A stretch of DNA of 60,798 nt, the filler included, from Dimargaris cristalligena (lineage: Eukaryota), in NCBI GenBank assembly GCA_003614675.1. It is 8 parts of 8 records of this genome, joined end to end, with 100 filler letters (N's around TTAATTAATTAA, not from the genome) between each part and the next. Parts side by side here need not be neighbours in the genome. Positions count along the whole stretch, not along the records: positions 45,722 to 53,213 come from ML003412.1; positions 53,314 to 60,798 come from ML003413.1; 6 more parts are not named here. The stretch is one strand, 5' to 3'. This document shows, one piece after another, positions 50,101-60,798 of this stretch. The stretch's first letter is position 1; each line of letters starts with the position of its first letter. The notes below the pieces were generated by a model that was not told the origin of the DNA, made no database searches, and worked only from the letters and a program-made list of their open reading frames with translations. The translations under genes and the position numbers were made by a program.

Positions 50101-51141
50101 GGCGGGAGAGAGGGACTTGAGGTTCCAGACGGGATTCATACCATGTGGGGGGCGATGTGACGATGGGGGCGGGGAGACCGACGACCCCTTGGGTGAAGTG
50201 GCATCAGGCGGCGAGAGTGGGGGTGACGGGGGAACCTGGCGTTTCCGGGATCGTTTGGCCGCCGAGTTGGTGGGGGGGGCCGGTTTAATCGCCTGTTTTT
50301 TGGGCTTCTTAGCGGCCAGTTTCGGTTCGGCGGGATCCACTGTATCGGCACTGGGTCGCTTGGTCGAGGCAGACGGGTCGTGGGGGATGACTAGAGCCTC
50401 GGGGCTCTGGTGCATCTGGCCCAAAGGAGCGGAGGTGGTGGTAGTGGGTAAGTGCACAGCCGATTGAACCAAGTCATGGAGCAATTTCTGCTGGATCAGT
50501 TTAGCGGTCACCGCATCGGTAGCGGCCGACACTCCCCCCAGGGCCGAACCCATGGAGACGGCAGGGTGCATTAAGGAGGGGCCACCAGCGCCCGAAAGAC
50601 TCGCCAGGGCCAGGGGTGATAAAGTCGAGCCGAACAGGGAGGTATGGGGTTCGGCGGCAGCGGAAGAACCAAACATAGGAAAACTGCCGTCATGGCCGGG
50701 GGACATGAGTAAATCGTTCATTGAGGTTTGGAATCCAGGGGTGGTGGGGGTCAGCATAAAGTTGAAGTCGGCGCTGGTCGGCATAGAGGTGGGCACGGTG
50801 CCCGAATGGTCAGTATAGCCCAACCCGCTCAGCGGGGAGGAGGCGGAATTACCCAACGAGGAGGGGTCGTAGAGCAGGTGGGCGGTTTCCGGGGACGACA
50901 GGGGAGCAGAGCCCGGGAGGCCCACCAAATTGCTCTGGCAAATAGCGTCCACAATATCGCTATAGGTTTGGAATTCGGAGCGGTCTAGAAAGGAAGGGGT
51001 AAAGGCAAAGTCGAGGGGGTTCATCAGGTGGTGGGGGTGGTCCTGGCTGTCGGCGTCATGGAGGCCGTTGCCGTAGGGCCCCCGGGACCGGGAGGCGGAC
51101 GGATTGTCGTGGCCGGTGGACTGGAGACTAGCCATGTCCAT
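47104..51141 (-). CDS. SREBP-type bHLH-ZIP transcription factor with membrane segments (true stop may be 46950)
   Basis: RRIAHNAIERRYRNNINDRIRELK carries the SREBP-specific Tyr. SKLNKATILRKATEYV is followed by a zipper, two hydrophobic segments and a long C-terminal domain. Confidence 0.88.
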   Translation of the reverse strand: MDMASLQSTGHDNPSASRSRGPYGNGLHDADSQDHPHHLMNPLDFAFTPSFLDRSEFQTYSDIVDAICQSNLVGLPGSAPLSSPETAHLLYDPSSLGNSASSPLSGLGYTDHSGTVPTSMPTSADFNFMLTPTTPGFQTSMNDLLMSPGHDGSFPMFGSSAAAEPHTSLFGSTLSPLALASLSGAGGPSLMHPAVSMGSALGGVSAATDAVTAKLIQQKLLHDLVQSAVHLPTTTTSAPLGQMHQSPEALVIPHDPSASTKRPSADTVDPAEPKLAAKKPKKQAIKPAPPTNSAAKRSRKRQVPPSPPLSPPDATSPKGSSVSPPPSSHRPPHGMNPVWNLKSLSPARPAIASNSSTPPAPTASLAPIPISPALDTGASSNNSKIAISRVHSPGAVGPPIVPRSPEGTISGPPVKNQRRIAHNAIERRYRNNINDRIRELKDSIPALLHAQQVKDEENQTGMSFTSSLDAGPAPRESKTIRNAKGLPKEVDGIAPASKLNKATILRKATEYVWHLRRANDRMRREQDQLRQLVLQNVPDAAALLESLGNQAQTEADAYIRQLQSGSCMGDLDDEEDEEEAAEELHRVDSSPVTESTTSSAGPVPEADTDMTSAVGNHSDSDSSSSSPVTTPTRSGGGGSSSGGGGFPARAVMGVFLCASFFDGPGPSNEESGQHRALSALPFVGSWSQHVGHVVSAHNLFMGVRIFVFLSCLLGLLFYDDWFGGSQKSQKNRQYWRARYGTRPAVSETTTSTPTDPADSATALSQQGSERTTGSATAAGTNRPRTRAQVSKTAVAVSHSHLMNSVAEINNTPLPRSYRSMALRIFGEVVRLVAPSACLPERHGQELSLTWLRLSELQLFHEDVSLPSLMKVYAWLRSFSLGSVTPNYPVARAWLTAALHVHKSLGIRYVRNMVARRVWNWAVTAARTAPLPAPGSRDDSSPAHLAIGRNNHWQWLLHEPAAADFYLDGEWKPFTRSSAFTVEWPRIQLVLANPVDPLMTLSHLFVLNRTRHYTDQFIRTGEGHRALTALLDRLPQLTSGSTANVGLPTTRGTNQPWLLHWYINLALVVMHHKRGDAVERDLCLQRALDLARTIIQLHSTGVTGLSAPERKHAQLVLETAYLSVLPAILVQAGRYDAAQRTCAVVAAMRTQRQHLEAHFLDQLYGGAPDSCVDSSLASVVAHQSRGVAFSSLLGTLCTSLDSMSGGNGPSTATVPSSTMPTAPTSPNGRSQMQRPLVFSPATTSVPIGGSSVTQRRPADSRAIRILYQYTSDIERQLEFLVGNLIMDAQYQCWLATGNNPPSSLRDAGRIGLTNFDGGGGGFRASVHLHRCSDRSQLPFLKHFGDQ

Positions 51142-52117
51142 TTTGGTTCGACCGACGAGAGAACGGTGACGGTGAAGTGTGAAGAAATGGGGGGTGTTTA
51201 GAGGGCCAGGTACTGGAATTGTGTGAGGAGGGGTTGGCGATAGCGGAGGTGAGAGTGGGGTGGGGAGAGTCGTCGGGAATATAAGGAGACTTCAGGGAGT
51301 AAGGGGAGGTTGGAATATTAAAGGGGTGAGGGTAATTAGCACAGGTGTAACCGTCCGACAAAGGGAATAAAAAAGAAACGGAGTGGAAACAGAGACAAGG
51401 AAGGTCAGCTACGTATGCGTAAGTCAACCCAGTAGAAAAGGAGAGGATTTCGCATATAATCCAAAGGGGCATCCATCACCTATAATGGGCCCCAGTAACC
51501 CTCCCTCTCACCCCTATATTAATAGAGTAGTTAGTCTCTTTTGCCTATTCTCGCTGGATGGAATAGCAGCTGGTTACTGGGTAGAGAGAGGAGAAGAGAA
51601 GCCTCGCTTGGCAGTGCCCACTTGCCTTATCAGGCCGGCCCATCGCCCTGTGATTGGCTACTCAACATCACCCCACAACCCACGCCATTTTAATGGCCCA
51701 CCCCAGCTAGCCCTTGAGTTTTCCCCACGCCCTCAAATAGGGAACGGGGGACTTGTTTCTTAAAGTGCGGAACAGCCCATGTATGTGTAGTGCGTCCACA
51801 CAGATGGAAATCCCCGCATCTATCTATATCACATCAGCCCATCCCATCGGAGTGCCAAACTCCACGAGTTTCGTGGTAATTATCTCTCTACCAGCCACCC
51901 TCCATAAGAGCCCTCGAGTGGCCTTTAGTGTCTTAGAACGCCACACACGGGCAGGCTTCCGGCTTAACAGCCCAAAATCATTAGAAAATATCCGAGAAAC
52001 AGTTATTACAGCGAATCCAATAGTCGTTGCTGATAAGAAAATAAACTAAAATCAGTCGCCTGATACGTGTGGCTTTGATGCAAGACTTTAGATGATTTTA
52101 TTACACCTAAGGCTTAG

Positions 52118-53213
52118 TTAAGTGGCCTCGGGCAAATGGGTTAGGTGGGACTGTAGTTCGTCCAAGTCACGGCCAATCGGGGATGCGCCTGGTGGGTCGT
52201 ACGATGTGGTCAGCGGGGGGGAACCTGCCGAACAATGGCCCAAGGTGTGGAGAACGTACATTTTGGTGATCAAAAATATCGACTGGGTCCCGTGGTCGCT
52301 TTGGTACTGCGGTGAGGCCATTCGGAACGAGTCGAGCCAGTTGCCAAGGGGGGCTGTTAAATCACCCCCATTCTGGGGAGTATGGGGGGGTTGCCACGTA
52401 CTGGTAGGTAAAAGATGCTTTTCAACAAAGTATTGTATCACTCCGATGGCCAGTTCCGTATTGCAAAGGGGCCGGTCGGAGTCATCCATGGTGACCAGGT
52501 CCGACGGCTGCGACCAAATTGGCCGTAATGCATCCCGTATAAACGGCAAATTAGCATGCGGAGACGGTGGATTAGTATCGAGTGGCGGGGCTGTTAATCC
52601 ACAGTGCTCGTGGATGGCTGATAGGTAGGTATAAAAATACCATAGGAATTGCGACTGGTATATGGCAGTTGCCGATAGCGAGGCCCGCGGCAGCATTTCC
52701 CAGAACTCCGCCTCGAGACGGGCCAAAAAGGCAGTCGCTTCGGAAAATTGGCCGTCGCCGATAAGGCCTTCGACATGGCGCAGCATGCGGGCAGTCGTGG
52801 ACGGGTCCTTTATCTGGTACGCAATTGCGAGCGCCAGTGCTTGCATGGCCCGATCATTGCGACGAGACAACACATCTAAAGCTGTACTATATTCACCCAA
52901 CACAATCCAGCTAGACGATGGTTTAGGAAGAATATTAAACAATTTTGAAATCGAAGTTAGAGCTGTCGTGTCGAGGTAAATAGCTGATGGGGATACCGCC
53001 TTGAAGGTAACATTGCCCTAGATGGTATACAACGAGTTAAGAATAGTGAGGCAGAGATACAGTCAAGTTGACCCCTCAGGTAAATAGAGGCAGCATCGCT
53101 AATAAAATAAGGGTTAACTTACCATTGGGCCGCCTGTTCCAGATAACCCTTGACTGTCAGTTGGGCCGCTAGTTCCCGCCAGATCGCATCCAGGAGCTCG
53201 CTATCATGGCCTA
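52118..53213 (-). CDS. C-terminal part of an alpha-solenoid protein, Gemin5-like; exons 53213-53123, 52910-52118 (5'-truncated)
   Basis: Spliced sequence DSELLDAIWRELAAQLTVKGYLEQAAQCWIVLGEYSTALDVLSRRND resembles the Gemin5 TPR-like region. GTAAGT donor, CTAAC branch and CTAG acceptor. Confidence 0.55.
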
Positions 53214-53313
53214 NNNNNNNNNNNNNNNNNNNNNNNNNNNNNNNNNNNNNNNNNNNNTTAATTAATTAANNNNNNNNNNNNNNNNNNNNNNNNNNNNNNN
53301 NNNNNNNNNNNNN
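53214..53313. other. artificial contig linker
   Basis: N44-TTAATTAATTAA-N44. Confidence 0.98.
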
Positions 53314-54520
53314 TTGATAAGGCAAATACTACTGGTTGAAAATAAACATCCCACCGATTTTCCCATACGCATATCAGTTAAATTCTTATATAGCTAAGCT
53401 GAACTTCACCCATATGTTATAAAATATAATTATATAGGTAAAGTACTAGCTATGCCTAATCTAAACATTATAAGATGGCATTGAAGGAGGTTGGAATACC
53501 AGAAATTCTAACCTGTTCGTTCGCCAGTGTGTTCTTGGGGTCTCGGTAGTTAGTTCTTTAGAAATTTAGGGCACTTTTGGACATAGGATGCTGGCAAAAA
53601 TTTAGTGAAAAGGCTCATTTTATTGTGGACAACACTTAATAATGATGTTATGCAAATATAAACTATAAATACACGACGAGAAGCAGAGAGAAAGAAACCT
53701 CGCTGGTACTTAATCTGGGTGAAATTACACCCTAGTGTATAGAGGGTGCAGAATAGATGGCTGGCAAGATAATCTATGAAAAGTCGATTAGTGGCCCATA
53801 AAATTGGACTTATTACATAGGCACTTTGTTTCGCAGTTGGACTCGCCGCCTTCCAAATTAAAATCCACCAAACGCCACGTATACTACTTGTAAGTCCGCA
53901 CTATCCCCACTCTCAGCTGCCTCAAGTCCAAATTCCCCAAGCGCTGGTCACATTAGCCAGTGGCCTGCCGAAAGCCTTTCACTTAGTGGGTTGTATTCTG
54001 CTGTCCGATTAATCGGTTGATGGTAGTTCCCACTGACGAGTGAGTAGACACCACTCATTGGTCAAGAACAGATAATACGTGCTACTCTAAACGGCTATTC
54101 TCATGCAGAGCGGGACTAATCTTCTGCCAATGCTCGCCTTGAAACCCACCACTGCGCTTATAGGATAGAGGGGGTGTAAGGAGCGTTACACTAGTGAGTG
54201 GCACTGGCAATTTAGCGCAACTAATTCAACTTTACTTCCAGCGGTCTACCCTTTTCAGTAGATGCTAGCAATCTTCAGTCTCAGTGGCGGGCAGCTGGCA
54301 CTCTCATCTACCCAGTACTTGACAGACATGGTTAGTTTTTCGCCGCATCTATAGCACCTATCATTAAAATCAATGGATATTGGTAAACGTACTGGTTTAT
54401 TTGACTGCTTTATATAATTTTAAAGGAAACCGCCGAAAGTCCAATTATAATTGCGCAGAATCTCCTGCGTGGCATTAGTGACACAATTTTTATTAGTTGA
54501 ATAGTATCAGAAATAGGCAT

Positions 54521-55630
54521 TTATTGCATCATTTGAAGTTGCGAAATATATTCGGGATACGCCAAGCGCCAGCTCTTGGCTGATCTAGCAATATGACCAT
54601 TGATGATTTGCTTAATGGTCTGGTGGTCCAGGGTAAGGGGTATTTTGGAAAACCGAATAAACGGTGACCCTGTGGAGTTTAACTGGATCAAATCATCGCA
54701 GCGAAACCCCTGGGGATCGGTAAGAAAGTAGGGGCGGAAGTCGCCCAAATGGGCATCCCAATCAGTGGCATACAAATAGTAGGGCATGGGATTATACTTC
54801 ACCGAGTGAATAAGCTTGGACACCTTGGTGGCGAAGGGCTGGCTGTAATACGCGTGGTCGCCGGGGGAAGGGGCCATTTTGGTTTTAAGGTAGCTGAAGA
54901 AATCGTGAATCTGCGACCGGGCTTGCGCGTAGAACGCCTTGACTGGCCCATTCTCTGACGGGCGTTGGTCGGAAGGAGCCGTGTAATGAAATATCTGACT
55001 GGATAATGCTTTACATTGTTTGATGGTTTGCTTCAGTGAATATGAGGAATTAGGTTTTACATGGGCTCTTTTGAGTTTGGGGTTGGGAGTGGGATCAGGG
55101 TGTGATTCGATACGAGCGCGCTTGTTTAGCAGGTAGTCTTCCAGTAAGGATTTAGGGGGAGTGTGGGGTGAATCATCGCCGTTATCGGTGGGGTCCGAGT
55201 GGGGAATATTGATACTGTTGCTCCTATAGATGGGATAGCTAGCCTCGGTACCATGGCTAGAACTAGTGGGGCTCTCGGGAAGCCAAGAGGGGGATACACC
55301 GGCCGGGTAGTGTGGTATGGCCATGGAGCGGCTTGAATCGGGGGAATATGGCAAGGCACCAGCGTCTGAGGGGTGTACTAAGTCAGCAGCACCCCCAGGA
55401 ATGGTGCCCAGAGCCTCATAAGAGCTGGGTAGTTGGGGATTAACCTCCTCAAGCCCATCGAAGAGGGATTTTAGTACATCTTCCCAAGATACAACAGGTG
55501 GGTAAGAGGGGTTGCTGGAGGGGAGATAAATTGCGTCGTAGCTCACACCGGTGCCGATTCCCGGACCCAAACTAGCAGAGACGGGAGCCGATAAACCCGC
55601 AAGGAGTCCCAGTAATGCTAACCTGGCCAT
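54521..55630 (-). CDS. secreted hypothetical protein (369 aa), effector-like
   Basis: Intronless ORF with signal peptide MARLALLGLLAGLSAPVSA, a Pro/Ser-rich linker and basic clusters NKRAR...PKLKR. TATA-like box near 55710. Confidence 0.75.
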   Translation of the reverse strand: MARLALLGLLAGLSAPVSASLGPGIGTGVSYDAIYLPSSNPSYPPVVSWEDVLKSLFDGLEEVNPQLPSSYEALGTIPGGAADLVHPSDAGALPYSPDSSRSMAIPHYPAGVSPSWLPESPTSSSHGTEASYPIYRSNSINIPHSDPTDNGDDSPHTPPKSLLEDYLLNKRARIESHPDPTPNPKLKRAHVKPNSSYSLKQTIKQCKALSSQIFHYTAPSDQRPSENGPVKAFYAQARSQIHDFFSYLKTKMAPSPGDHAYYSQPFATKVSKLIHSVKYNPMPYYLYATDWDAHLGDFRPYFLTDPQGFRCDDLIQLNSTGSPFIRFSKIPLTLDHQTIKQIINGHIARSAKSWRLAYPEYISQLQMMQ

Positions 55631-56513
55631 GGTTCAGATAGTCTAGAAAAAAATAGGGTATTAAAGGTGAGGAGTGGCCAGCTAGACCACCGGATAGACT
55701 GTATTTTATATATAAATGGGTGTACTGGTATATCCTAGGCGGATTAAGGGTGAAATGGCTGCTGCGACTTGACAACACCACTATATTGAAATCTAGGGGA
55801 GGAGGTACAGACACCGGAGAGGGGAAATGAACCATTCCAACTTCCAGGTAGTCCCAAAATGACCTGCACTCCTTTTTGGGCATTCATTAATTTTCCCACT
55901 TCATGTGACTGTTATAAGTAATGGTTTGTACCACCTACTTTATACCATCCTCGTTGCCTCCTTCACCTGCTGTCCAGTCAAATACTTATGGTATTGGATG
56001 TCAAGTCAATCTATAGCTATTATTGGTGGGTGCTGAATGTTCAGTCTGAAAAGTGGCTTTGACTCGATGGTAGCACAGTGTTTTACACAACGCCTTCTTA
56101 GGTACTCTTCGCCTTCCCCCCAGCCGATTTTACCTTGCTGTTGAGGATCACAAATGGCCATAGCACAAGCCTCTGGCATTTCCCCTTCCACACTCTGGAG
56201 TCCACTGGCCCTCGCTTCCGCCGCTGAAAATTTCGACAATGCTTAGGTCTAATTGAGCCATAACGGGAAGGTTTAGAGTTATATATTTGCCCCGGAACTT
56301 TAATGGACGCCAATTTGTCTTGGCGCATTTACCATCTTGACACTGGTTAAAAATGTTTTGGGGAAGGTATATAGTCATTTTAAAGTGTATATATATTAGA
56401 GCTCCTCAAAAATAGTGTTTATTGGATAACGGCAGAGGTGGGGAGTGTGGCTGAGTTGAACCAAAAAAAAGGGGGGGTAGTGCATGTATAACCTATGCTC
56501 TTATGGACCCTTC

Positions 56514-58034
56514 CTAATCAAACCAGTCGAGGAAGAGTAACACTAAACTGGCCGCAATTAAGAACATTAGTATCCATTTTCGGGTATCGGCATTTCGCTG
56601 CCGGGCCTGTAATAACTGCTCGTTACCCTCTTGGACCCGTTCGGAAGTAGCCACTGCCTCCGAATGCAGCCGTTCGGTCTCCTCGGTCTGGATGGCGAGA
56701 TGACTCGTCAAGGTCGATTGGAGGGCCGAGATTTCCAAAAGGGCCTGTTCCGCGGTCCGGACTTGGGTCAGGGTGTCTTCAAACTCATCGAGGAGGGCCT
56801 GGTTCTCGGCCTGCAGTTCCATTTGCTGGCCCGTAAGAGCCGCGTCAGTGGCCTCGGAGTCGGGGTTGGTGTGCTGGTCGTCGGTATCCAGGAAGGACGA
56901 TGAATGGCCCCAGTAGTCGTCAATGACGTCGTGAGGCTGGGGCGTAGAAGGGGTGGAGGCCACGCTAGACTTCGGTTTAGTTTCGGAGCGTGCTGTATCA
57001 TTCCGCTGGGTAAACGGGGTTCGCTGGCGCAGAATCGAAGGGGGTGAGGAGGGAGTAATGGATTTTAAAGAAGCAGGTATGGAATTGGGGGTACTGGCCC
57101 CTAGGCGACCAGGAATACTTTCAGCATGGGATGGATGGGGAGAGTCGGCCTGTTTCTTGGCCCAGTACGTGCGCCGGGGCTGCAGGCTCTGCTGCCTTTC
57201 CAGGGCCCGGTTCAGGCGGGTTTCCTGCTGTTCACGCTGATACATTGACACGTCCATGAGACGTTTGTTGAGTAACCACAGCACAGCCCCGTGATGGGCA
57301 GCGAGGGTTTCCTGTTTCAGCATATTGTATTGGGAGCCCAGGGAGAGGGTGAAAAGTCCTAGGAATGATTTGGTGGAGTGCTGGGCCGGGTCTTCCGGTG
57401 GGTTTTTGGCGTAGTGTTCTAACCGCTTGATTCGTTCCAGGCACTGGCGGATAATAAACTTGGACTGCTGGTCCATATCATCCCGCTGAGCATCGGTCAG
57501 TGCCGAATGTTTCAATTGATGCAGCAGCTGGGTAATGTCCTCGGCCCGTAGCTCTCCCCCAGCTGACTGACCATCGGCTGCCGTGGTTGATCCCGCCGGT
57601 TGCTCGTCTATGCTACCTCCGGTGGTCGTTGACGAGAGACCCGGGAGTGGTGCATGGGGATGGCCAGTCTGGGTTAAACGATTCAAGGAAGTGACCAGGG
57701 CATGGTTTTGGCCAGAGCTGGTCAGGCGACTGGCTAAGCCATCTGGACCACGTAGTCTTTTACCGCCGATATTGAGGTAGGCCGCCCGAGTGGCCCGTAG
57801 GAAACAGTACAGCGAGTCAATGTGGCGTAGGAGTCGGTAAGCCTCGGCCATGAACGGGTCCTTGCCCTGCAGAATGGCCGCCTGGGCCTGCTGGACACGG
57901 TCGGCCCAGGTCCGATGGTCCAATTGGGCGGCTGTGTTCGACCGAGACTTGGCCGGGGGCGGCAACTCAGGGCCAACGGCGGCTGGGGGGCGTGCTTGAA
58001 GGAGGTCGACAAACTCATCTGTGATGTCTGACAT
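56514..58034 (-). CDS. UFE1: ER Qa-SNARE, syntaxin-18/Ufe1
   Basis: Start MSDITDEF, motifs DPFMAEAYRL and LTDAQRDDMD, SNARE motif AEQALLEISALQSTL...VQEGNEQLLQA and C-terminal anchor WILMFLIAASLVLLFLDWFD. Confidence 0.9.
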   Translation of the reverse strand: MSDITDEFVDLLQARPPAAVGPELPPPAKSRSNTAAQLDHRTWADRVQQAQAAILQGKDPFMAEAYRLLRHIDSLYCFLRATRAAYLNIGGKRLRGPDGLASRLTSSGQNHALVTSLNRLTQTGHPHAPLPGLSSTTTGGSIDEQPAGSTTAADGQSAGGELRAEDITQLLHQLKHSALTDAQRDDMDQQSKFIIRQCLERIKRLEHYAKNPPEDPAQHSTKSFLGLFTLSLGSQYNMLKQETLAAHHGAVLWLLNKRLMDVSMYQREQQETRLNRALERQQSLQPRRTYWAKKQADSPHPSHAESIPGRLGASTPNSIPASLKSITPSSPPSILRQRTPFTQRNDTARSETKPKSSVASTPSTPQPHDVIDDYWGHSSSFLDTDDQHTNPDSEATDAALTGQQMELQAENQALLDEFEDTLTQVRTAEQALLEISALQSTLTSHLAIQTEETERLHSEAVATSERVQEGNEQLLQARQRNADTRKWILMFLIAASLVLLFLDWFD

Positions 58035-58562
58035 GATAACGTTTTGTCGGAGGGAGTGGGGTTGATATTCGGGAAGTATAGGAATAGGGCCAAGTGATGA
58101 AGGTGTAAGAATGTATAGAATGGGGCGAATGATGTGAGTCAGGGACTCCATGAGAGACGGACAAGTTTCGGGCACCGCCAATCCCCTTGATGGCCCCTCC
58201 TTTGGAAATGCACTGCTTCCCACTTGGCATTATATCAGCAGGGCTTTTCTTCCTTACTAACGAACAATATATATGGGATGACGGGGGTGGGATTTTTATT
58301 CCCATTTATTTAGCCTCGTCCTCCAACGAGTGGGAGGTTTTAAATAGAAGCATGGACTGAATTTGTGGTGTGTATCACCGCAAATTGTTCAAAAGGTAAT
58401 AGAACATACGCTTCTCTGTGACTCTCCCTTGGTGTATCACTTAAAATTAACCAGGGTAACCTACCCATAGCCGCGTAGGAATAGGCTGTAACCCATGCCA
58501 ACTAACTTTGGCCATTGCTACCTCGTTTTCTAGCCCCTTTCCGTACTGTCGTAGATACCCGT

Positions 58563-58911
58563 ATGCCTGTCACTCTCCATTCACATTCCGGTCAGTTTTG
58601 CAGCCACGCCCATGGCACGCTCGAAGAAGTGGTACAAGTAGCCCAGAATAAGGGCTTTCGGGTTTTAGGCCTCTCTGAACATGTCCCTCGCTTTCGGGAA
58701 GCGGATCTCTATCCCGAGGAAGTAAGTCGAATAGTATTCGGGGGGACTAGGTACTGCTCCCCCCTCCCACACTTTCCCCAGCCAGGCTGGAGAGTCTCGC
58801 CTAACTAGAAAGACTATCAAGGGGGTTTCCGGTTAATTTTCCCGATATTTAATTATACAAGCCAAACGACATGCGCATATTGCTTATTCCCCCGCTCTGC
58901 ATCATTATCCT

Positions 58912-58946
<35 letters not shown>

Positions 58947-60085
58947 GCATATACCCAAACCCGCTGTAGAGCCATTTGACTACTAACGACCTTGGTCGGA
59001 TATTCGAGGATTATGTACAAACAGCCCGCCAACTCCAGCAACGCTACCAATCTCCTGAATTTCGGATTCTCGTTGGTGCAGAGACCGAGTACATCAATTC
59101 CGAATCCCTCGTCCAGGCCCAGGCCCTCCGCGAACGCCACCACCTGGACTATTTGGTTGGATCCGTGCATCACGTACTTGAAATCCCGATTGATTTCGAT
59201 GCAGCCGGGTACCAACGGGCCCTTGCCGCCTGTGGTGGCTCACTCGAATCGCTATTTGGGATCTATTTCGACGCTCAGTACCAAATGCTGACCGCTCTTC
59301 AACCTGAAGTAGTTGCGCACTTCGATCTGTGCCGCCTGTTCGCCCCGCGGGATAATCTGCTCACGACTAGCCTCACCCCCGCCTTATGGGACAAGGTTCA
59401 GCGGAATATCGACTACATCGTTTCGTACGGAGGTCTCTTTGAGGTGAATAGCCGGGCCTTCAAGAAGGGTCTACCTGACGCTTATCCCCAGCGGGATATT
59501 TTGGAGGTAAGCTTTTGCTGCTATTGAGGGTGTGTTGTTTTTGGCATAGCAAGAGTAGCGTGGGGGAGGTTGTTGTTGGTAGTGGTGTCTTGGGGTGATT
59601 TTCTCTGTAACCCTATTTTAAATCCTAGGATTACACCAAAATACACTCAAAAAGACATACCTCACACATCTCAGCAAGTATCTCTTACACGTATAGTTGA
59701 TATCCCACCTACCGCCTCTTTATCCTAACCACGCTGGTACTACTCATTCATATTCTGTATCCCCTTTCTGCCCGGATGTCACTTATTCTGATTTGGCTTC
59801 ATGCTGGCCCTTCAACACCATTATCGATGTTTAATTAAGGCCATTATATCCAAGGGGGGTCGATTCACGTTGGCTGACGATGGCCACGGACCCAACGATG
59901 TTGGGCTTTACTACCGTCAGCTTAGAGAATACCTAATCACCTGGGGGATAAATACAATCTACTGGCCCGTGGAGCCAGACAACAAACACTTGTCATCAGA
60001 CTTACCGAAAAAAGTGGATAGTATGGATCACGTCTGCGATCATGAGTTTTGGGCTGCTTTTGATATAGAGACTGCAAGCAACTAA
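58563..60085 (+). CDS. HIS2: histidinol-phosphatase, PHP family; exons 58563-58721, 58970-59506, 59840-60085
   Basis: Motifs LHSHSGQFCSHA, GLSEHVPR, LVGAETEYI, DYLVGSVHHV, VVAHFDL, FEVNSRAFKKGL...YP and FTLADDGHG. Canonical introns. Confidence 0.93.
58914..58942. repeat. (AT)n microsatellite in HIS2 intron 1
   Basis: Uninterrupted AT run. Confidence 0.9.
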
Positions 60086-60798
60086 ATCCGGTAGCTACGC
60101 CGGGAATATTTATCCATCCCGTCTTCTCCTTTGCGGTTCTACAGAATTCACCATGCCACCCATTACTAATAAAGATGCCACGTAAGCATTCCTGAAAGCT
60201 ATACGATTATTATTTATGGAATAGTTGTTAAATAGTTGCCTTTTAACAGTACAGTGGTCTGTTGATGGCGATTCATATTGCAACATTCCGGGCGGTCCTG
60301 CAACAACCCTTGGTATTACTCTCTGGCACTTCTAATGTGGCAATCGTATCGAAATATAGGTTTAGGATAGGCAATTTCCCTTTATGAAAATAGTACACAG
60401 CTAAAGCTAACATGCTTAAGCCCAGGCCCAACTTTACTACGGCTATATTTTTATGCCAACGGGGCTGCAAGAATCATTGGTCCCAGCCAATTACCTTCTT
60501 AAAGGCCGACCACATGCCAGACTGGTGGGTATTAGTCTATCTATATACACTACCGCCAACATGGCCAAATTCTCCCGCGATTCTAATGCCCATTGTTTGA
60601 CTTGATTCTAGGGCAAGGTGTCTTTGCCCGTCCACCCTGTTGGAAAGAGAGGGATATGGGTTATGATATACATAATATGTATGGGGGGTGCTAATTCGAT
60701 CCCCGCTGCTGAGGCCGGGTGTCACGTGGATCCAAGCGGTTTGTTTACCCAGTTGTGTTTATTGTTATTGTCACCCCCGGCTAATTAACGCGGCGGTG

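Noticed and set aside
58035-58223. 63-codon N-terminal extension of the UFE1 ORF in the track
   Set aside because: It begins at a GTG. The conserved syntaxin-18 N-terminus begins at MSDITDEF (58034).

Overview
The window is eukaryotic and fungal, with GT-AG introns and CTAAC branch points. Gene content suggests an early-diverging, possibly parasitic fungus, but that is inference. It is not one locus. Eight unrelated ~7.5 kb contigs (7536, 7529, 7525, 7518, 7509, 7504, 7492 and 7485 bp, sorted by length) are joined by artificial N44-TTAATTAATTAA-N44 linkers. Recognisable genes are TRM9, CCP1, two tRNA-Gly, DENND6, a MYST acetyltransferase, the C-terminus of a Slh1/ASCC3 helicase, an SREBP-type bHLH factor, UFE1/syntaxin-18 and HIS2. 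Also present are a decayed Ty3/Gypsy element, two LTR families and secreted effector-like genes. Three signals are not explained by the ORF track. (1) An ~850-nt highly base-paired region between TRM9 and CCP1 has telomerase-RNA-like architecture and a candidate template CUUACACCCCCUUA. (2) A family of three spliced microprotein genes shares an identical 49-nt first coding exon length, and their coding DNA has diverged far more than their flanks. (3) A Gypsy LTR sits 12 bp upstream of a tRNA gene, as in Ty3-style Pol III targeting. All structural and homology calls were made by eye and need computational confirmation.
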